NCBI GenBank assembly: GCA_902803795.1
Contig: CADCRC010000024.1
Coordinates: 1 to 14,001 of the forward strand
Source: an uncultured Erysipelotrichaceae bacterium
GTDB lineage: Bacteria; Bacillota_I; Bacilli_A; RF39; UBA660
DNA: 14,001 nucleotides
Direction of reading: 5' to 3'
Below are positions 8,475 through 14,001 of the stretch, piece after piece. The notes under the pieces are model-generated. The model saw only the letters and a program-made list of their open reading frames with translations. It did no database searches and was not told the origin of the DNA. The position numbers and the translations under genes were made by a program. Each line of letters opens with the position of its first letter. Within the stretch, counting starts at the first letter, position 1.

Positions 8475-8503
8475 TAAAAAGACTATTAGTTTAATAACTA
8501 ATA
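8475..8503 (-). terminator. Rho-independent terminator of the HerA-like ATPase gene (minus strand)
   Basis: 8-bp stem tattagtt (8484-8491) pairs with aactaata (8496-8503) around the loop taat. On the minus strand a T5 run follows (plus-strand aaaaa 8476-8480). It lies 21 nt beyond the stop of the minus-strand ORF. Confidence 0.45.
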
Positions 8504-8523
8504 ATCTTTATTTTATATAACAA

Positions 8524-10461
8524 TTATATTTGAATAAACTTATTTTCGTGTGGAATTACAGTTACATTATTCGAAGTATTTTCAATACTATTATTAGAAT
8601 TATTATTGTTATTTATAGTATTATCATTTGATATAGAAGTATTGCCAATATTAACTGCAACATTTTGATTTTGTATCATATTATTATTTGGTGTAACATT
8701 AGTATTTGATGATCCATTCCATATTTCAAGTACATTACAATTAGATGACCAAGGAGTAGGATTTGGCATTTCCATCCTAACAATTATTGGAATTCTAAAA
8801 GCACCACCAAAACCTAAACAAGTTCCAGATTGTAAAGTTTTTTGTTTTTCAACAATTTCATCTGAAATATTAGGAACCATTTTTCTAATATAATCAACAT
8901 CAACAGGATGATTCATCTTAAAAATTAAGAAATTAGAACACTGAGAAATAACAGTATCTGAAAGTTCTACAGGTCTTTGAGAAATAAGACCTAAAATCAC
9001 ACCATACTTACGTCCTTCTTTAGCAATTCTTTCAAATATATTATAACCAATTAAAAATCTATCAGTATCATTTTGAATATATCTATGAGCTTCTTCAACT
9101 ACAATATGAAATGGGATAGATGCTCTATCTTTTAGTCCTTTAGCAAAATCAAAAACAAGTCTCGAGAATATCTTAGTCATTACTTTAGCAAAATCATCAT
9201 CTACATCATTTAAATTTATATTTACAATTTGATATTTACGAGAATCACGAATTAGTAATGATGATAAATATTGATCTATTGTAACATATTCAGGATATTC
9301 AAAATACTTTGAATTATTACCAACAATTAAAGCATGAAGTCTAACTCTTATAGTAACCGCATCACCATAAGTTGTTTGATTTCTAAGCCATCCTTCAGAT
9401 ATTAAAGTAAAGTTTAAAGCCTTTTCTAAAGTAGCTAAATCATAATATACATTTTCTTGTGGTTCATAATTATCATATTCTTTTTTTATAAAAGATGAAA
9501 CATATTCAGTTAATAATACACTTTCACTAAATTGTCCTGCATTATCAATTAAAAAACAATCTCTAAACTTTCTTGTATAACCAATACCTTGTACTGGTGC
9601 TTCTAAATTAAACTGTGGAGTAGAACAGCTTGCTATAATAGAAAATATTTCATTTCTTTTATTAGGAGAAGTTTCATTAGTAAATAATATTGTCATTATA
9701 GCACTTGCAATTATATGATTTTTAAATTTATTAGCATCAACATCTTTTTGTGAAAATATTAAAGCAAGTTTTCTCATTCTTTCGATGATTGGAAGTTGTG
9801 AATGAGTAGTACATTGTAATAATAAAGCAAGATCTTGTACATTTAATAAATATATAGGTAATCTTAATCTTTCACCAATACCATCTGTTTCATTAGTAGT
9901 AAGATATCTATAATTAAAGTTTTTATTAATCTCATTCAAATTACTGAAAGCATTATAATACTCACCAGAAGAATCAAACAAAAGAATGTTAGATTTATAT
10001 GGATACAATCTTTCATCATGAAACATATTTTGAAATATTCTTGTAACACCACAAGATTTACCAGAACCTGAATTACCAAAGATTGCAAAATGATTCGAAA
10101 AAAAGTTATTAACTTCTAAATATACAGTTGTATCATTATAAAAAGGTGATAAACCAAGTTTCATAAATCCTGTTTTATCTTCACCTGTAATTAAAGGAAT
10201 TTCCTCTTTAGAAATAAGTCTTATTTTTGCATCTAAATTAGGCTTTCTAATTGTACCACCAATTAATTTTCCATCTTTTATTTCACCTAAAAATCTAGCA
10301 GTAACTCTATCACCATCTAAGTTATCAACCTCACCAAGAACTTTTTTATCCGCATCTTCAAAAATTAAATGAAGATTCATAACATTAGTAGTTAAGTTAT
10401 CTGGATCTTTTAATTTTATATCAGCAGTCTTATCACTAATAAAAAGAATTCTATCAAACAT
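8524..10461 (-). CDS. HerA-like / FtsK-HerA superfamily P-loop ATPase (DUF87-type) with an Asn-rich C-terminal tail
   Basis: 645 aa. The N-terminal ~120 aa is a HAS-barrel-like beta region (VLGEVDNLDGDRVTARFLGEI...GGTIRKPNLDAKIRLIS). Walker A is AIFGNSGSGKS. Walker B is the DEAH type (FHIVVEEAHRY). A sensor/Arg-finger region matches HerA (ILGLISQRPVELSDTVISQCSNFLIFKMNHPVD). The last ~90 aa are N/S/T low complexity. On the minus strand, the SD agagagg lies 10 nt upstream of the ATG. Confidence 0.8.
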   Translation of the reverse strand: MFDRILFISDKTADIKLKDPDNLTTNVMNLHLIFEDADKKVLGEVDNLDGDRVTARFLGEIKDGKLIGGTIRKPNLDAKIRLISKEEIPLITGEDKTGFMKLGLSPFYNDTTVYLEVNNFFSNHFAIFGNSGSGKSCGVTRIFQNMFHDERLYPYKSNILLFDSSGEYYNAFSNLNEINKNFNYRYLTTNETDGIGERLRLPIYLLNVQDLALLLQCTTHSQLPIIERMRKLALIFSQKDVDANKFKNHIIASAIMTILFTNETSPNKRNEIFSIIASCSTPQFNLEAPVQGIGYTRKFRDCFLIDNAGQFSESVLLTEYVSSFIKKEYDNYEPQENVYYDLATLEKALNFTLISEGWLRNQTTYGDAVTIRVRLHALIVGNNSKYFEYPEYVTIDQYLSSLLIRDSRKYQIVNINLNDVDDDFAKVMTKIFSRLVFDFAKGLKDRASIPFHIVVEEAHRYIQNDTDRFLIGYNIFERIAKEGRKYGVILGLISQRPVELSDTVISQCSNFLIFKMNHPVDVDYIRKMVPNISDEIVEKQKTLQSGTCLGFGGAFRIPIIVRMEMPNPTPWSSNCNVLEIWNGSSNTNVTPNNNMIQNQNVAVNIGNTSISNDNTINNNNNSNNSIENTSNNVTVIPHENKFIQI

Positions 10462-10490
10462 ATATAATCAACCTCTCTATTCTAATTATA

Positions 10491-10518
10491 AATTATACAT
10501 GATTTTCGACATTTTACA
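10491..10518 (-). promoter_or_regulatory. Near-consensus sigma-A promoter for the HerA-like gene
   Basis: The minus strand reads TTGTAA (plus 10518..10513), then a 16-nt spacer, then TATAAT (plus 10496..10491). The predicted TSS is ~20 nt upstream of the ATG at 10461. Confidence 0.45.
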
Positions 10519-10555
10519 AGTAATCAAAAAAAAATAAAGAAAAAAAAATGAAAAT

Positions 10556-10564
10556 ATGATAAAA
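10556..10564 (+). promoter_or_regulatory. Possible extended -10 element (TGaTAAAAT) for the divergent effector operon
   Basis: A TGnTAAAAT match sits ~30 nt upstream of the gene-A SD (ggtg at 10587-10590). No good -35 is present. The surrounding sequence is poly-A tracts, so this call is weak. Confidence 0.25.
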
Positions 10565-10597
10565 TAAAAAAAAGATTAATAGAAAGATGGTGTTAAA

Positions 10598-12157
10598 ATG
10601 GCAGGGAAAGTAACTATAATATATGATGCAATAGAAAAATCTATAACAAAACTTGATTCTGCATCTACAGAAGCAACTAATACTAATGCAAAAATAGATG
10701 ATATTATATCAGATTTATCATCACTTGGAAGTAATCACGATAATTGTTTTGCATTAACAATTGCGTCATTAGAAGAATATTCAAGTTTTATTAAAAAAAT
10801 ATGTGGAGAATTAGATGCTACAAAGTCTTTAGCAAGTACTGCAGTAAGTTCATTAAAAGAAGCTGAACAAAATGGATCAAATAATCTAGATAGTTTAAGA
10901 ACAGCATTAGTTCTATTAGGTATGGCAGAAACTTCAGTTAATGCTTTAGATTTTAAAAACTTAAATTCATATAGTACTATGGATGAATATGAAAAATCAG
11001 ATAATAAAGCTGATATATCAAGATATCAAGAATACTATAACAATTCAGGTGCAGTATTAACAGATATAATAAATAGTGCAATAGTAGATAGAATGTTAAA
11101 TAAAAATTCAGATGGATCATATAGTGTAATGACAACAGAGCAAATGAAACAATATCTAGAGGATATAACAAAAGCAAAAATATATGATAAAATTAGAAGT
11201 GGAATAGATGAACCAGGAGGACCATATGGTGGAGGCGGAGGCTCATCAGGTGGAGGCTCATCTTCAAGTGGAGGTGGAAATTCATCAAATAATCAAAATG
11301 GACAAAACGAATCTCCAGCAGCAACACCATCACAACAAGCAACTCAAGCTGTCCAAACACCACAAGAACAGCCAACATCTTCAAATTCTTCTTCACCTTC
11401 CGCAGCCTCTATACCACAACTTAGTCAAACACCAAAATTGTCAACTCCAACTTTATCATCTACAATTTCACCATTGACAAAAAAAGATACTATAACAAAA
11501 AAAGATAGTTCTTCAGATGATAAAATAAGTACATTAGATACAGATAAAATACCTGCTGCAACATCAACAATAAGTCCATTATATTCAGCAGTTACAAATG
11601 TTCCTGCAGCAAGTTCATTAATTGGAGCTACAAATGCAGCATTACCAAATATAACTACAAATAAAGAATCTGGAACATCAAGAATTAATAGTACACCAGT
11701 TACAACTAAACCAACAGTAGAAGAAATAAACAGAGTAGTAACAGAAAAAAGTAATAATATTACACCTAAAAAAGCTGATATTGCAAAAGACTTAGGAAAA
11801 ATTTCTGAAGATGCAATAAAAACACCAACTATTGAAGAAAAGCCAGAAATAATACCGGAAGATTATCTAAATAATGAAGATCAAATAACAATATTAGATA
11901 AAGCTAAGACAAATTTAGGAGGATTTGCGGCAAAGAAGACAACAGTTGAACAAGACAATGATGACAATTTTGGAAAAGCAGCAATTGGTATCGCTTTAGG
12001 AGCTGGTGCAGTAGCTGCAGGAGTAGGTGCCAAAATATATATGGATAAGAAAAAAGAAGAAACTACAACCGAAGAACAAAATAATGAAAATAATATAAAT
12101 GATGAAAGTAATTCAAGTAGTGAAATTTCATTAATTGATGAACCACTAGATATATAG
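10598..12157 (+). CDS. Tail-anchored membrane protein: N-terminal helical (LXG/WXG-like) domain, Gly/Ser linker, long Ser/Thr/Pro-rich disordered region, one C-terminal transmembrane helix and an acidic tail
   Basis: 519 aa. Residues 1-~200 are predicted helical (MAGKVTIIYDAIEKSITKLD...KIDDIISDLSSLG...). GGPYGGGGGSSGGGSSSSGGGNSS is a flexible linker. About 200 aa rich in S/T/P/Q is mucin-like. The only hydrophobic helix is near the C-terminus (AAIGIALGAGAVAAGVGAKIYM), followed by a D/E/N-rich tail. There is no signal peptide. Confidence 0.75.
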   Translation: MAGKVTIIYDAIEKSITKLDSASTEATNTNAKIDDIISDLSSLGSNHDNCFALTIASLEEYSSFIKKICGELDATKSLASTAVSSLKEAEQNGSNNLDSLRTALVLLGMAETSVNALDFKNLNSYSTMDEYEKSDNKADISRYQEYYNNSGAVLTDIINSAIVDRMLNKNSDGSYSVMTTEQMKQYLEDITKAKIYDKIRSGIDEPGGPYGGGGGSSGGGSSSSGGGNSSNNQNGQNESPAATPSQQATQAVQTPQEQPTSSNSSSPSAASIPQLSQTPKLSTPTLSSTISPLTKKDTITKKDSSSDDKISTLDTDKIPAATSTISPLYSAVTNVPAASSLIGATNAALPNITTNKESGTSRINSTPVTTKPTVEEINRVVTEKSNNITPKKADIAKDLGKISEDAIKTPTIEEKPEIIPEDYLNNEDQITILDKAKTNLGGFAAKKTTVEQDNDDNFGKAAIGIALGAGAVAAGVGAKIYMDKKKEETTTEEQNNENNINDESNSSSEISLIDEPLDI

Positions 12158-12166
12158 GAGGAAACT

Positions 12167-13822
12167 ATGGAAGTAGTAGATATTACATGGAATCCTAATG
12201 AAGAAATAAATTTTTTAGATGAAAACAACTTTGATGATTATGCTTCATATTTAGATACTATAAAAAATCAACTTGAGGATCAAGAATCTATTATAGATGA
12301 TGAACTTAATATTGGAGGATTAAATGCAGCATCATTAAATTTTGATGGCTTTTCTCCTCTATGTGAAATGGGAATGAGTATAAAAAACAATTTAAGAATG
12401 GCAATAGAAGCATTAAATGAATTAAAAAGTATGGCAAAAGATGACATGTTATATCATATGACAAATGAATGGGGTAAACATTATCAAGAAGCATATTATC
12501 ATTTGGAAGAACTAAGAGAAACATATAATAATCATTCAAATGACGATTCTAATAAAAACCAGGCATATCAAGAATATGAAGATTACAAAGATATATATGA
12601 AAGCATAAAATCTAAATATGAATCTTTAGCTGGTCAAGGAAGTGCTTCAAATGCTTTAAATATTAATTTTGTTGAAGCAAGCAAACAAAGTATTGGAAGG
12701 GAAATTATAGGAAGTGTTTCTATACCAAGCGATGTAAGACAAGGTAATTATACTGTTACAACTTTTGATACATTTAAATGGTCACATAGTGCAACAGGAC
12801 AAGGACAAATATATGATTTATGGGTTTCACAAGGAAAACCTACAAGAAATGGTCTTGCATACGTTAATGTATGTGGAGAAGATAGATATCTAATAGCTAC
12901 AACTACAGCATTAGGAAAAACTGGAGATATGGTAGATTTAGATCTTAAAAATGGACAAACACTAAAATGTTTAATAACAGATATTAAAAATCCAAATGAT
13001 TCAAATTATTCAAAATATGGTCATACTCTAACAGATGGAAGCATTAATGTACTTGAATTTGAAGTAACAAAAGAAGCATTTGATTCTCATGGACGACAAA
13101 ATCCATCTACTTCAGTTTATAATCTTGAATGGGATTCAACAAGTCCTGTAACAACAGTAAATAGTCGTGGAAGTATATTTAAAAATGGAGATATAAATAC
13201 ATTTGCAGATGATATTAATTCAAGTGGTGGATCAGGAAGAACTACAAATAAAACATATTCAAATCTAAATGGAATTAGAACAAGTAATTCTGCACCAAAA
13301 ACAACAAATATTGTATATACTAGTAAAAATAATAATAGTCAAAATATTAACGATGGAGTATCATTTCAACCAACAGGCAATGCACAAAAAGATGCAATAG
13401 CATGGGGAAAATCAATTGCAGAAGATAATAGATATGGTTATAAATGGGGTGGAGGACACAATGGCGATGATGGCTCTGGAGGTTATAATTGTTCAGGACT
13501 AATATGTAATGCATATATTAATGCTGGAATACTTCCAAAAGGAAAAGTTATCCAATCAGCTCAGATGCCATCACAATTACCAAAATATGGATTTGAATAT
13601 GTGGGTAATGCGTCAAAAAGTTATGAAGGATTGCAACCTGGAGATATTCTAGTAAAACCAGGATCTCACGTAGAAATGTATGTTGGAAACGGGAAAGTAT
13701 TAGGCGCAAGAGGAGATTATGACAAATCACCGGGTGATTCTAGTGGTGGAGAAATAAGTGTAAGAAAATATGGCAATAGCAATTGGAATGGATATCTAAT
13801 ATACAGATATACTGGAAATTAA
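12167..13822 (+). CDS. Leaderless multidomain peptidoglycan hydrolase: LXG/WXG-like helical N-domain, putative 3D/DPBB-like beta domain and C-terminal NlpC/P60 (papain-like) peptidase
   Basis: 551 aa. The SD aggagg overlaps the stop of the upstream gene, which suggests translational coupling. The N-terminal ~170 aa is helical (MEVVDITWNPNEEINFLDE...ELNIGGL...HMTNEWGKHYQEAYYHLEEL). Residues ~190-330 (RYLIATTTALGKTGDMVDLDLKNGQTLKCLITDIK...GHTLTDGSINVLEFEV) resemble 3D/RlpA-like barrels, but this is a weak call. The C-terminal YKWGGGHNGDDGSGGYNCSGLICNAYINAGILPKG...PGDILVKPGSHVEMYVGNGKVLGARGD is a clear NlpC/P60 Cys...His core. Confidence 0.8.
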   Translation: MEVVDITWNPNEEINFLDENNFDDYASYLDTIKNQLEDQESIIDDELNIGGLNAASLNFDGFSPLCEMGMSIKNNLRMAIEALNELKSMAKDDMLYHMTNEWGKHYQEAYYHLEELRETYNNHSNDDSNKNQAYQEYEDYKDIYESIKSKYESLAGQGSASNALNINFVEASKQSIGREIIGSVSIPSDVRQGNYTVTTFDTFKWSHSATGQGQIYDLWVSQGKPTRNGLAYVNVCGEDRYLIATTTALGKTGDMVDLDLKNGQTLKCLITDIKNPNDSNYSKYGHTLTDGSINVLEFEVTKEAFDSHGRQNPSTSVYNLEWDSTSPVTTVNSRGSIFKNGDINTFADDINSSGGSGRTTNKTYSNLNGIRTSNSAPKTTNIVYTSKNNNSQNINDGVSFQPTGNAQKDAIAWGKSIAEDNRYGYKWGGGHNGDDGSGGYNCSGLICNAYINAGILPKGKVIQSAQMPSQLPKYGFEYVGNASKSYEGLQPGDILVKPGSHVEMYVGNGKVLGARGDYDKSPGDSSGGEISVRKYGNSNWNGYLIYRYTGN

Positions 13823-13843
13823 TATAAATAAGGGAGGAAAAAA

Positions 13844-14001
13844 ATGGAAGTCGCAAGTATAACATATAATGATGGTGAAGAACCAGCATTTCTAAAAAAA
13901 TCAGATTATGATTCATTTTTAGAATCCTTAGATTCAGTATCTAAAACCTTGGAAGAGCAATCAGAAACAATAAATGAGGAATTACATAATGGTGGATTAA
14001 A
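13844..14001 (+). CDS. 5' end (partial) of a third paralog sharing the N-terminal LXG/WXG-like domain
   Basis: The SD agggagg lies 6 nt upstream of the ATG at 13844. The 52 visible codons, MEVASITYNDGEEPAFLKKSDYDSFLESLDSVSKTLEEQSETINEELHNGGL, align colinearly (~40% identity) with the N-terminus of the 12167 gene. The ORF runs off the window end. Confidence 0.7.
   Translation, partial: MEVASITYNDGEEPAFLKKSDYDSFLESLDSVSKTLEEQSETINEELHNGGL

Noticed and set aside
11208-11477. Plus-strand 89-aa His/Gln-rich ORF overlapping gene A in another frame
   Set aside because: It is an alternative-frame reading of the Gly/Ser/Thr/Pro-rich linker of gene A. The sequence is low complexity, it has no independent SD, and it is fully contained in the better-supported 519-aa ORF.
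12167-13822. The possibility that the NlpC/P60 protein is an ordinary Sec-secreted autolysin with a mis-called start
   Set aside because: The ORF begins 10 bp after the upstream stop with a strong SD. No in-frame upstream extension is possible, and the first 170 aa are acidic and helical with no hydrophobic signal sequence. The leaderless call stands.
8524-14001. Prophage or conjugative-element remnant, based on the bifunctional CwlT-like hydrolase plus VirB4-like ATPase
   Set aside because: The window holds no integrase, relaxase, coupling protein, VirB6-like polytopic protein, capsid, terminase or tail genes, and shows no att-like direct repeats. The ATPase motifs (HAS-barrel, QRP...SQC) fit HerA better than VirB4. 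I cannot exclude this from outside the window, so I keep it only as an alternative.
1-14001. CRISPR arrays, IS elements, tRNA/rRNA genes
   Set aside because: I found no regularly spaced direct repeats, no transposase-like ORFs or terminal inverted repeats, and no cloverleaf-compatible GC-rich segments. The intergenic regions are short and are explained by promoters and terminators.

Overview
This 14 kb window comes from an extremely AT-rich (about 25% GC) Gram-positive chromosome. The FemAB, Hbd and RuvA content looks Firmicutes/Clostridia-like. The standard genetic code is used: both TAA and TAG stops appear, and TGG encodes Trp. I found no rRNA, tRNA, CRISPR array, IS element or integrase.

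The left two thirds is housekeeping. It holds the 3' end of a 3-hydroxyacyl-CoA dehydrogenase gene, pgi, a HAD/Cof-like hydrolase with degenerate catalytic motifs, and a Sec-signal surface protein. A tightly packed cutA-femX-ruvA operon follows, then a convergent NifU-like gene. After that comes a three-gene operon encoding an unknown coiled-coil protein, an SPFH/stomatin protein and LemA.

The right third looks accessory and is the most interesting part. An orphan HerA/FtsK-superfamily ATPase sits on the minus strand. It has a HAS-barrel N-terminus, a Walker A GNSGSGKS, a Walker B VVEEAH, a QRP motif and an Asn-rich tail. It has its own near-consensus promoter, and no NurA or other usual partner is visible. 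It is transcribed divergently from a translationally coupled array of at least three genes. These genes lack a leader peptide and share an LXG/WXG100-like helical N-terminal domain, but their C-termini differ. The first is a tail-anchored protein with a mucin-like Ser/Thr/Pro-rich region. The second is a two-domain peptidoglycan hydrolase (a 3D/DPBB-like domain plus NlpC/P60). The third is cut off by the window edge.

I interpret this as a candidate non-canonical effector-export or polymorphic-toxin cassette, possibly a type VII (T7SSb)-like substrate family paired with an unusual ATPase. All homology calls rest on motif recognition by eye and need HMM or structure-based confirmation.
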